This document shows positions 49,806-60,609 of a DNA stretch of 64,000 nucleotides, piece by piece. The translations under genes and the position numbers were made by a program. The stretch is from Phaeosaccion multiseriatum (taxonomy: Eukaryota > Protista > Ochrophyta, other classes): NCBI GenBank assembly GCA_965112735.1, contig OZ218961.1, forward strand, positions 62,001 to 126,000. The letters run 5' to 3'. Each line of letters starts with the position of its first letter. Position 1 is the stretch's first letter. The notes under the pieces are model-generated. The model did not search any database. It was not told the origin of the DNA and saw only the letters and a program-made list of their open reading frames with translations.

Positions 49806-50845
49806 TCGACCCCTGACACACTATCCGCTATCCGCTATCGCCGGCGCCAGCCGGCGCGCTATCCGCTATCGGCAGCGTCAGCCGGCTTTGGGGGGGGGGG
49901 GGGTTGTTGGGGCGTGCTATCCGCCAGCCGGCGCGCTATCCGCTATCGGCCCCCGGGGGGGGCGATAGCGCGCTATCGAGAATGTGGGCGATAGTGTGTC
50001 AGGGGTCGAGTGTAGGTGTCGATGTGTCTCCGGGGCCCTCGAGGGGCCGGTTACTCCCCCTCTAGGGCGGGGAGGGGGAGTGCGGGACCGGCTCCGCGGT
50101 TGAGCCGACCCAGGAAGGCGCGCTCCCGCTCCGAGAGCCACATCTGGTGGCTGCAGCTGACGAGGCGGCGTAGACTTGTCAGGACGTGGCCCTTGGTGGT
50201 GGAGGAGCCAGTGCGGCCAGTGTGGGTAACCACGTGCTCGGCGAGTGCGTGCAGGAGCGATTGCGCCTGTGCGCCGAGTCGGCCGTGGGTCTCGATGGCG
50301 AAGGTGGAGAGGCGAACACGCTCTCGGTCGTAGGTGCCCCTGTAGTGTCGCTCCTTGCGGATCTCGCTGTTGGCGGCTGCCGCTCCCGGTCTAATGTTCG
50401 TGCGGAGCACATTCAAGGCCGTCCTGCAGAGGTTGTTACTCAGGGTTAGGTCAAGCATATGCGCCGGGTGGGCAAAGGTTGGGTCGCGGGCTCCGGAGAG
50501 GGCGCCTCGGGGGAGGGTGGCGTCCATGCGGAAGGTCCGGGCGATGTTGTGCGGGGGGTTGAAGAACTCCGAGCTCTCGTGTCCGACGCGGGAAACGTAG
50601 TTCTGTTTGAACATGTCCTCGACGGAGGAGAGCATCCCGGTGTGGTAGAGAGTGCTCTGGTTGGGGCACTGGATGGCGTGAGAGGAGTCGGCGCGTGTGT
50701 TGCAGCGGGTGCAGACTAGTGCGTCGGGTTCTCCAGGGCTGTAGAGGCAGTTGATGCCGAGGGAGCGTCGTAGGGCCCCTACCATGTCTTGGGCCGGCAT
50801 GGAGACCTGTCCAGGTGAGGTGGCGATGAAGCCCATGGCCGCTTT
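49719..50845 (-). mobile_element. 5'-truncated non-LTR retrotransposon of the RLE type (CRE-like): CCHC knuckle, restriction-like endonuclease, 3' UTR
   Basis: CTRC...SHAIQC; FRMD; LDLT; EIRKERHY; FAIETHGRLG; stop at 50051. Candidate TSD ATGAGAA at 49712-49718 and 50846-50852. Confidence 0.8.
49806..50009. mobile_element. MITE (204 bp), 20-bp perfect TIR TCGACCCCTGACACACTATC, 6-bp TSD GTGTAG, nested in the RLE element's 3' UTR
   Basis: TIR and TSD read directly; internal GCTATCC and GCCGGCGCCAGCCGGC repeats. Confidence 0.88.
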
Positions 50846-50906
50846 ATGAGAAGGCCAGGCCCGCCATCTGTGAGTCTGGATGTCGAGGCCCTGAGGCAGC
50901 CAGCAA

Positions 50907-51328
50907 CCAAGCGGACCAGGTATGGGGTGCCACAGGTAGGCATGGAAGGCCAGGGTGGGGACATCCACTATGACCCCACGCGGTACCACCTCGTCCATTT
51001 CGCAATAGAACAGCAAGGCGCATTTGGTCCTTCTGCTCAGATGTTTATGAAAACACTCGCCACCCACATGGCTGGGGGGCACGAACATCTGGACACGAGG
51101 GCTTATGCGAGAGCTGTTTTCGTCATTCGGCGACGATTAGCCGTAGCGCTCCAGCGGGCCCGACACGAACGATCGGTTCGACACAGGATCCTGGCTGGTA
51201 TCAACTTTGTTCCAATGGGGAGAACTGATAAGTCAGAGGGACACGACCTCGAGGGCTAAGTTCCCCGGGGCGGTGAGACATTACTTTTAGACAACCATAG
51301 ATGGCACTTACGGGTGTAATATATAAGC
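50907..51328 (+). mobile_element. Second, different 5'-truncated RLE non-LTR fragment
   Basis: KRTRYG...YHLVHFAIEQQGAFGPSA...RRRLAVALQR; TSD GCCAGCAA at 50899-50906 and 51329-51336; the paralogous site at ~45210-45240 lacks the insert. Confidence 0.75.
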
Positions 51329-51813
51329 GCCAGCAAAGGCCCAAACACATTACGGCTGCGCTCCAAGCTGCAAGCTTCCTCCGTGTGATGCTTTCCCTCG
51401 ACCAACCCCCCTGGCCACCGTTGACAGCCCTCACTAACACATAAGTAATTCTTAGGTTGATTCCTATAGGAGAATTGCTGCTCCACCGACTTCCCTCAAT
51501 CTCAGTCTAACACTGCTCGCTGCCGAAGTCCTCGTCGAACCATATAGACGTATTCACTGAAGCCTCCCACCAGCCGAAGGGCGCAAAGTGTCCCGCGAAC
51601 ATGCCACAGACACGATGATGAGGGCACCTCCCTCTGCTGATAGACCGCTTGTAACAAACATTCACAGCAGCGCCTCGAAGCGCGACAGTCACAGCCGTCC
51701 ATCCTGCTCTGTACTGACCCACGCTCACCGGAAGCCTCCCCAAACGTACGCTAACTGCCCCTCCACCCCTCCCTCCATGTCTCTCTCTCCATCTGTGCGA
51801 GCTTGTTCTCCTC

Positions 51814-52911
51814 TCAGTCCTGGCAGTCGCAGGGGTGCCCATTGGCGTGCACCCACTGCTTGATGTCCTCAAAGGTTTTGGCGTCGATGTCCCATACCGC
51901 GCCCTCGTAATACCATTCATACAATCCTCTGTCCCTGATGACCTGTGGGCACGACATTTCATCCCACTCACACTGCACTTCGTCCGATCTGAGCCACTTC
52001 AGCACAGCAAGGCTCTTCCCCATCAAGACTGCATTCATACAGAGGCTCACATCCCAATCACAGAGGTGGCGAGCATTGGCGTGGAGCAGCTGCAGTACCT
52101 CAAGGCGGCCCCCTACAGCTGCAAACCCAGCCCCATCGCGCCAGTCGTCATCATCTTCTTGTTCCAGCAAGGCTCTCGTGGGAGGATGCCCGAGAAGCCA
52201 TTCCACGACGGGAACATGTCCACCTTTACATGCGAGCTTCCAAGAGACGGCACGAAAGTCTGCCCCACCGTCGTCCGACAGCAACCACTTGAGCATCTCC
52301 AAGCGCCCTTCAATTGCAGCTTGGCAACACATTTCCAAGCCGCTAGCGTCCCATGGGCACTGCTCCTTGTCGGGAAGGTCCTCTGAGCGGAGCCACTGCA
52401 GTACTCTCAGGCCATGTGCTTTGTTGAACGCTGTTGCATTACACACATTTCGATCCCAGGGACAGTCCTTGCCATGGAGGGCCTTGCATACCTCGACATC
52501 TCCGTGCCGGGCAGCGGCCCTGAAGAGCTTGGCACTTAGCTCCAGCCCCTGCCGACTTATCGCCCAGTTCACGCACTCCACTGAGCTGACCACAGACGAA
52601 AACGCTGTCTCCACTGCTGGATACAAAGCGGTGTAGCTGGCCTTCCACTCCTTGCTCACACCAGCCACGAAGCACAAGTGGCCCTTTCCCAAGTGGGCCA
52701 AGATGGCACGAAGCAGCTCGAGATTTTCCAGGGCCTCGTGGCAAGCTTCAAAGAGCAGCCCATTGTATCCGGAACTTGAAGCAGCGGTAACACTGGTACC
52801 CCCACATGCTGTTGTTGCTGGAGACCGTCTCAGCCTCCTTCCCTGTGCAGAGTCATGCGGCGCCTCCCCGTGCCCCAATGCCGTTCTCCTCCGCTGCAGC
52901 CTCGTCTCCAT
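51814..52911 (-). CDS. F-box-like/ankyrin-repeat protein, copy 4 (type A 5' end, type B 3' flank)
   Basis: Paralogue; its downstream flank 51500-51813 matches the flanks of copies 2 and 5. Confidence 0.85.
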   Translation of the reverse strand: METRLQRRRTALGHGEAPHDSAQGRRLRRSPATTACGGTSVTAASSSGYNGLLFEACHEALENLELLRAILAHLGKGHLCFVAGVSKEWKASYTALYPAVETAFSSVVSSVECVNWAISRQGLELSAKLFRAAARHGDVEVCKALHGKDCPWDRNVCNATAFNKAHGLRVLQWLRSEDLPDKEQCPWDASGLEMCCQAAIEGRLEMLKWLLSDDGGADFRAVSWKLACKGGHVPVVEWLLGHPPTRALLEQEDDDDWRDGAGFAAVGGRLEVLQLLHANARHLCDWDVSLCMNAVLMGKSLAVLKWLRSDEVQCEWDEMSCPQVIRDRGLYEWYYEGAVWDIDAKTFEDIKQWVHANGHPCDCQD

Positions 52912-53629
52912 TGTTTCGTCGAAATGGGTCTCGGGATAAACACGAGTAAGTAAGCACCCTAGTAGGCCTTGCTGGCCGGAGCAGATAGGTTGCTGAAGAA
53001 GGGGGGAGTGGAAGGAAAGGCGGAGCGGAGCAGCGAGACAGAGAGAGAGAGTGAGCGGCTGTGGAAGAAGGGCAGCAGCAGAGAGACCAGACGGCATGAT
53101 CACACATCTGTGTTGTGTTGTAACTCCTCCCACTCCCCTTCCCCGCAGCTGCTTCCCCGCTTCCCCCGTCTTGCTCCCCCTCAAGAACAGAGGGGCGGGC
53201 TATCTCCGGTAGCAGGCACTTACCAGCGCCAGCAGAATCCTTTCTTTCTATCAGCCTCGCCCCCTTCCTTATGCTGCCTACTTTATTCACGCGTGGGAGG
53301 TCTTGCGCCCGTATATCTTGTATGGAGCTCCCGGTTGTTTATTTTTTGACGGAGCTCCGTCTGCCAGGCCCGCCATCTGTGAGTCTGGATGTCGAGGCCC
53401 TGTACCCGACCCCCCCCCCCCCCCACACACTTTCACACTTTCAGTTTCTTAGGTGATTCCTATTAAGTCAATAAAGTACCCCCCCCCCCCTGTCAACACC
53501 TGATCAGTGCCATGCTACGCTCCAAGCTGCAAGCTTCCTCCGTGTGATGCCTTCCCTCGACCAACCCCCCTGGCCACCGTTGACAGCCCTTCACTAACAC
53601 ACACACACACACTGACACACATAAATCTT

Positions 53630-53737
53630 AGCTTCATTGCTATCGACCACATTCTCGATAGCAGATAGCACGCCGGCTGGGGCGCCGGCGATAGCAGATA
53701 GTAGATAGCAGATAGCAGATAGCACGTAAGGTGTCGA
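53630..53737. mobile_element. Degenerate inverted relative of the 49806 MITE
   Basis: CACATTCTCGATAGC is the reverse complement of GCTATCGAGAATGTG; GATAGC repeats; ends ...GTGTCGA; absent from the paralogous flanks at ~45440 and ~51450. Confidence 0.6.
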
Positions 53738-54110
53738 TTAGGTTGATTGATTCCTGTAAGTTACCAAAATAACCCTAACCCCTTCACTGACTCCCTCAAT
53801 CTCAGCCTGACACTGCTCGCTGCCGAAGTCCTCGTCGAACCATATGTACGTATTCACTGAAGCCTCCCACCAGCCGAAGGGCGCAAAGTGTCCCGCGAAC
53901 ATGCCACAGACACGATGACGAGGACACCTCCCCCTGCTGACAGACCGCTTGTAACAAACATTCCAGCAGCGCCTCGAAGCGTGACAGTCACAGCCGTCCA
54001 TCCTGCTCTGTACTGACCCACGCTCACCGGAAGCCTCCCCAAAAGTACGCTAACTGCCCCCCCTCCCCTCCACCCCTCCCCCCATGTCTCTGTGCGAGCT
54101 TGTTCTCCTC

Positions 54111-55121
54111 TCAGTCCTGGCAGTTGCAGGGGTGCCCATTGGCGTGCACCCACTGCTTGATCTCCTCAAAGGTTTTGGCGTCGATGTCCCATAACAGGGA
54201 CCCTCCATACTGTCTGTCCCTGATGACTTGTGGGCACGACTCTTCGTCCCACTCGCACTGCACTTCCTCCGATCGGAGCCACTTGAGCACGGCACTCTTA
54301 CCCCTCAAGACTGCATTTCTACAGATCTCCGAATCCCATTTACAGAGGTGGCGAGCATTGGCGTGGAGGAACTGCAGCACCTCGGGGCCGCCCCAGCCAG
54401 CTGCATACCAAGCCCCATAGCACCAGTCGTCGCCATCATTTTCTTCCAGCAAGGCTCTCGTGGGAGGATGCTCAAGAAGCCATTCCACGACGGGAATATG
54501 CCCACCGTGGCATGCATCGTTCCAAGAGATGGAATCAAAGTCTGCCCCACCGTCGTCCGACAGCAGCCACTTGAGCATATCTAAGCGCCCTTCACTTGCA
54601 GCTTGGGCACACATTTCGGAGCCGTTTTCCAACCATGGGCACAACTCCTTGCCGTCCTCTGAGCGCAGCCACTGCAGTACTTTCAGGCCATGTGCTGTGT
54701 TGAACGCTGTTGCCTCACACACGTCTTCAGACTTCCAGGGACAGTCCGGATACTCGTACTTACCATAGAGGGCCTGGCATACCTCGACATCTCCGTACCG
54801 AGCAGCGGCCAGGAAGAGCTTGTCACATAGCTTGAGGCCCTGATGCTGACTTGTCGCCCAGTTCACACACTCCACAGAGCTGACCACGGATGAAAAGACG
54901 GTCTCTGCTGCTGGATACAAATCGGTGCAGTACTTGCCCCTCCACTGCGTACACACACCAGCCACAAAGCAGTGGTGCCCCTCTCCTACGTACTCCAAGA
55001 CTTCGCGGAGCAGCTCGAGATTGGCCAGCAGGACTTCGTGGCAGGCCTCGAACCCTTCATCTGAAGCAGCGGGAATGGCAAGGATCGTGCATGCCCTTCT
55101 CCGCTGCCGTCTTGTCTGCAT
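54111..55121 (-). CDS. F-box-like/ankyrin-repeat protein, copy 5 (type B)
   Basis: Paralogue with small in-frame indels. Confidence 0.85.
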   Translation of the reverse strand: MQTRRQRRRACTILAIPAASDEGFEACHEVLLANLELLREVLEYVGEGHHCFVAGVCTQWRGKYCTDLYPAAETVFSSVVSSVECVNWATSQHQGLKLCDKLFLAAARYGDVEVCQALYGKYEYPDCPWKSEDVCEATAFNTAHGLKVLQWLRSEDGKELCPWLENGSEMCAQAASEGRLDMLKWLLSDDGGADFDSISWNDACHGGHIPVVEWLLEHPPTRALLEENDGDDWCYGAWYAAGWGGPEVLQFLHANARHLCKWDSEICRNAVLRGKSAVLKWLRSEEVQCEWDEESCPQVIRDRQYGGSLLWDIDAKTFEEIKQWVHANGHPCNCQD

Positions 55122-55326
55122 TTTACCGTAATCAAGTAAGCCCTTGGGATGAGGGGGGGAGGATGTACCCCTGGAGACCCAACGGGAAAGGTACGAGTAG
55201 GTCTCGCGGGAGGCGATCAGCTTCTGTGCCAGGAGGACAGCGGCAGGGGGGGGGCGGAGGAGGGGGACAATGAGAGCTTGTGGAGAATTACGGGTGTCGT
55301 CAGATGGCTTCCATCTGTGACTCTGG

Positions 55327-58300
55327 ATGAGGAGGCCGCTGCGATCGATAATCGATCGCAGCGGCAGGCAGCGCTTCAGCGCGATGCGACTGCTGCTGCT
55401 TCAGAGCGTGCGAGGCTTTTGGGTTGTGATAGTTCTAGTCATTTCTCTCCGGGATGAGGGGCAGTGGAAGCAGCAGCAGCAGCGGCAGCAGCAGCTTTGG
55501 GTTGGTGCAGCGAAGCCGCCTGCAGACACGTGGATCAATGACAGTAGCGGCAGCTGCAGCGGTGAAGAACTACACGAGAAGCAGCAGCACGAGCAGGACA
55601 AGAAGCCGCCGCAGTGCAGGGCGGCGTATGCTTTATCTGGGCATATTCGCTCCTTCGCCCAACCTCGTGTGCACCAATCGGTTGTTGCCAATGTACTGCG
55701 GCCGCTGAGGCAGGGTGGCTGCAGGGTTGACGTGTTTCTCTACCTCACGCGAGAGGACGAGGTGCGTCGAGCGATGTGCGAAGTGCGAAAGGGGGGGGGG
55801 GGGGGGACGGGAAGGAGGGGAAGGGAGAGGAGAGGAAGGGAAAGGAAAGGAGAAGAGAGGATTTAACGAGAAGATAGGAGAGGAGGGGAGAGAAGAGTAA
55901 GGGGGAGGAGGAGAAGGGGGAGGAGAAGGGAGAGGAGCGGAGATGCCAAAAAGGTCGGGAGCGGATAGAAGGGAGAGGAGAGGAGGAAGGAGGAGGAAGA
56001 TACAAGACGAGCTTGGGACAGGACGGGACGCAGCAGTAAGGGTTTGCACTTGTCAAGGGCGAGAAAGGAACGTACACTTTACCCTCCCCACTCCCTGTCT
56101 TTGACCTTGGCTTAGCATCACCTCCCTCTTGTTGGCTTATTGCCCCCCCTCCCCCCCATCGCTGCCCCTCTCCCCGTCTCTCCCTCTCTCCTGGCCCATA
56201 CGCATCCCTCCCCCTCCCCTCCCCCTACCCAGGTGCCCCCCCTGGAGGAGCGAGGGGCTTCCCACTGGAACCGTTTCACTCCCCACACCCCCTCCTTGGA
56301 CAGCCTGGGCCCCGCTCTCGCGCTGCTGGCCCCGGTGCGGTGGGTGTGGCACCAGGAGCAGGCGGGACTCATACCCAACGGATGCAACATGACCACCCCC
56401 TCGGGCGACGCCAAGGTCCCCGGGGTGGAGGCGGCCTACTGGCAGCTGTACAAAAACCTCGCAGTGTACAACATGGTTGAGGAGTACGAGCACGAACAGC
56501 AGACCCACATAGCTCACAACTGGCAGCAGCACGGGGTGGAGGAGGAGCCGTTCCGGTACGACTGGATTCTGCGATCGAGGCTGGATATTGGCTGGATGGC
56601 GCCACTGCCCCCCCTGCTGGCCTTCCCCTCCGACCGCGCGTACTTTGGCTCGTCGTTCTGGCCTCTCTCCGATCAGTTCGCGCTGCTGCCTCGCCACCTC
56701 GCTCGCCGTTACTTCACGGCGATTCACAGCTTCTATCGCTGCCCACCGGTTGGTGGTTCAGCCTCAGACTCAGCAGTCGCAAATGGCGGCATCAACGGTG
56801 GCCGGTGGTGGGTGTCCTTCGGGGCGGGCGTGACTGAGAATCTCCTCTGGCAGCACCTGCACCACCCACCCCCTCACCCTCCCGGCCCGGAGGAGGCCGC
56901 CCCCCTCTCCCGCTCCGAGATGGAGGAGCAGGAGCAGGGGCAGGCATATGGGCATGACTTGTTCCCCTACCAGTACTACGACTTCAACTACGTCATTGTT
57001 CGCTCCTCCGAGGGCGGCATGTGCGACACCTTCCTCCCCCTCAAGCTGCCCATGCAGCTCATGCACAGCTACGGAAGGATGGGGATGGCAGTGGATGGGG
57101 GCTCGCAGCAAGCCGTGGGCCCTGTGCACAAGTACCACAAGAAAGTGTGTCAAATGGCCTTCCCACCGGTGGGGCAAGAGGAGGAGGCAGAGGACCAGCA
57201 GCCTCGTTCTTCTTCGGCACGCAGGAACAGCAGCAGCAGTAGCGAGGAGGAGGGGGAGGTGGAGGAGGGGAAGAAGGGGAAGAGGACGGGGGAGGGAAGA
57301 GAAGAAGAAGATGGTGTGTCTGATGCGGCTCCCCGGGGTGGGGGTGGGGGTGGGGGTGAGGATGGCTGTGCTTCCCCGTCTCCGGCCTCCTCCCCGCCCT
57401 TTGCGTTGTGGCCCGCAGCTGACAGAGACGAGCTTACCGCCATTCGAGCAGAGGTGAGAAGAGAGGAGAGGGGAGGGGGGAGATGGGAAGCTTACCAGGG
57501 TAGGTAGGCAGGTAGCACGATGTGGCCTGCGAGGTGGAAAGGAGCGCTGGCCCTCCCCGATCCCCCTTAACGCTACCTCTTAACGCTACCTTTTTAACGC
57601 CCCCCCATGTTAACGTTACCCCCAACCCCTTATCGCTTTGACTTACCCCCACAGGTGTTGGAGGCGATTTCTCTCATTGACTTACGCCCTCACCCCCAGC
57701 AGCAGCAGGGGGTACAGCAGTTGGTGATACAGCAGCCCACGCTGCGAGTGCTGACGCTGGACGGGCACGCGTCCCAGGGGGGTGTGGTGGGGCAAGTGGC
57801 CACGGCCTTCCTGCTCACAGATGGCGATGTACTGACCCTAGGGCAGGCCCTCAGATGCGAGGTAAGTGACAAGTGTATCAGTTTCATCGGTTTCACCATC
57901 AGTCTCAGTAGAGCTCACCGCACCGGTGGCTTTGAGGCTCTTTGCATCTGTGTGCCCTTGTTAGTAGCTGTCATCTGTGTGCCCTTGTTAGTAGCTGTCA
58001 TCTGTGTGCCCTTGTTAGTAGCTGTCATGTAACCCCCCCTCCCCTCCCCTCTTCGCCTCGCGCTTACACTTGGCAGGGGCTGTTAACAGCGGCTGTACAC
58101 GGATTTCACACCACACTCACCGCGTGACCTTCTCCCTCCCTCCCCCCCCCCCAGTTTCTTAGGTGATTCCTATGAAGTCAATGAATAAACCCCTCCCTCC
58201 CCCCCCCCCCATCCGCTCGCATTCCTGCCCTCCCCTCCCCTCCTTCTCTTCCCATCCCTTCGATTTCCGGCTGCTCGCCTTGTCCTTGTCTGTGCCGTTC

Positions 58301-58569
58301 TGTGCTGTATCACCAACTGCTGTGCTGTGCAGATGTGGCGCATCGTGTATGGCGACTCTGCCACCGCCGCGGAGTGTAGCAGCAGGGGGGGGATGGAAGG
58401 GGATGGCAGTGGACGGGAGGCAACAAGTCTCCTGTCCCTCCACTCTGTTTGGGCCTCCCTGTGGCCCAAGAGCAAACACGTGGGCACGTGCGAGGGACGC
58501 TGCTCGGCCTCTCAGCTGCGTATCCCGCTCCCGTGGATGCAGCATCTCCCCCCCCGGGCCGCCGCGTGA
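55327..58569 (+). CDS. Putative type II membrane glycosyltransferase-like protein; ~4 exons
   Basis: Hydrophobic N-terminal segment; RAAYALSGHIRSF...DVFLYL; QLYKNLAVYNMVEEYE...YDWILRSRLD...SDQFA. Splice sites near 55761/56233, 57452/57654 and 57861/58333. The function is inferred. Confidence 0.6.
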
Positions 58570-59797
58570 GGGTGTGAGTGGGGCTGGGGGCTGAGGGCTG
58601 AGGGCTGAGGGCTCTTTGCCTTTGCTCTCTGTCAGCAGGATGGGAGGCATCAGGCAGCAGGATGGGGGGCATCAGGGAGCCTTGAAGGAGGGAGCCTCGT
58701 AATGGAGCTCTGTGGCCGCTAAGGAGCTCTGTGGCCGCTAAGGAGCTCTGTGTACCGACCTTACCGACCCCTCCCCTTGCCCCTACCCTACCCTACCCTC
58801 GCCGAGGCTCCACGGCAGGAGACAGATGGCAGCTCATGGCAGGGCAGCAGCAGGTAGAGATGGCAGCTCATGGCAGGGCAAACAACGCGCACTGCCACAC
58901 TGAATGTGACGCACTCAGACGGAGGGAGTCCCTGTTGATCACCAACTACTGCGGTATCACCAACTGCTGTGTTCACCTCGAACCCCACTCATGGGCCCTC
59001 TCGAGAGAAGCAGACAGCGCTGTCGTGGCGAGGGAGCAGCGCCTGGTGTCAAGTAGTGCTTGGTGTCAATCAATCATGTCATTCGGTCTGTCAGTGCCTG
59101 GCGTCATCCGTCATGTCATTCGGTCTGTCAGTCCGGTGTCGGTCAGGGGCGATGGCAGTGGATGTCACCTCAGCTCAAGAGAGCTCGGATCCAGCGTAGC
59201 AAAGCAAAGCATGGCAGAGCACAGCTGAGGGGAGAAGAGGGAGCAGAGCCGAGCAGAAAGAGGGGAGGAGCATCAGCTCTGAGAGTGTGCTCTGAGAGTA
59301 TGCTCTGTGAGTGTGCTCTGTGAGTATGCTCTGTGAGTGTGTTGGGCTGAGTGTGTGCCGTCTGGAGGAAGAGCTGCCAGTAGCAGCAGAAGAAGCAGTA
59401 GAAGAAGAAGCAGCAGTTGGCGAATCGTAGTACAGTTCTTCGCACGGCTGCTCAAAAGGAGTCGTGGGATCAGACCATCGCATCGAGAGGGGTGGAGGCT
59501 CAGGGGCGGAGGGTGGAGGGTGGAGGATGAAGGGTCAAGGCCTCATGAACACCGGCACCAGCTCGCAGCACGCCTGGTGAAACGCCTGCTGAAGGGTTCA
59601 AGTGAAAGTGTCTTGCTTCGTATTTACGTTAGGCGCCTTTGAACACGCGCATAGCACACACTCTTCTCTCCACGACCAGTGTGTCGGTCGGTCCACATCT
59701 AATCACTGAAGCGACTGAAACCATCACTGAGACCGTCACCCTTCCTTCCCCCTGCCCCCTACATCCTTGTGGAGGAGGGTGATAGGGTGGGGGGGGG

Positions 59798-59988
59798 CGG
59801 CAGTCCGTCTGGCTGTTGGCAGTCCGTTTGGCTGTTGGTAGTCCGTTTGGCTGTTGGTACTCCGTCTGGCTGTTGGCAGTCCGTCTGGCTGTTGGCAGTC
59901 CGTCTGGCTGTTGGCAGTCCGTCTGGCTGTTGGCAGTCCGTCTGGCTGTTGGCAGTCCGTCTGGCTGTTGGCAGTCCGTCTGGCTGTT
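59798..59988 (+). repeat. 19-bp minisatellite (GGCAGTCCGTCTGGCTGTT), ~10 copies
   Basis: Direct reading. Confidence 0.95.
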
Positions 59989-60609
59989 GAGGGTTGTCAG
60001 CACGGCCACACCCCTCACGGTGCCCTTCACTGCTCGCATGGCTCACAGTCAGCCACAAACTCCATCATACGTCAGTCAGTCAGTCAGTCAGTCAGTCAGT
60101 CAGTCAGTCAGTCAGTTCCCCACCCACACTGCCATCCAAACCAACCCCCTTCTTTTGATGTATTCATTCTATGTATATATTTATGTATATATGTATATGT
60201 ATGTATATATCCCCCCCTCCCCAACCCCGGGGAAGTGTAAATCAAACTAAAAGAGCCTCTACACCCGTTTATGACTCTGTCCTTCTGCTGCCATACCCCC
60301 TCCCCTCCCCCCCTGGGCACGCTCCATCACTATACCGTTTCCACAGAGACAGAGAGAGAGATGAAAAGTGTACGAAACTCCGTTCGCCCTCCCCTCCTCC
60401 TCCTCCTCCTCCTCCTCCTCCTCCCCAACAGAGGGCCTGCGTGCACCGCAAAACACACATCCCCACTCCTTGCCGCTGGGCACAAGCCTGGTCACAGCAT
60501 GTACCCCAAGTTGGGTCTTCCATGCCTCCCAAGCACACCCACGACTTGTTGGGCACCTCAATCACCCACCCCAAGTTGGGCACCCCAATCCCATGCACCC
60601 CAACCAGTC

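Noticed and set aside
50051-51088. 345-aa ORF as one intact gene
   Set aside because: It runs across an RLE fragment, array spacer and the antisense of a second insertion, as shown by the TSDs.
43651-55121. Endogenous giant virus, or a diversity-generating retroelement driving the ankyrin variation
   Set aside because: No viral core genes, reverse transcriptase or template repeat in the window; changes did not look adenine-specific by eye.
58600-60600. ORFs between the last two genes
   Set aside because: Repeat-derived or without recognisable motifs; likely UTR or intergenic.
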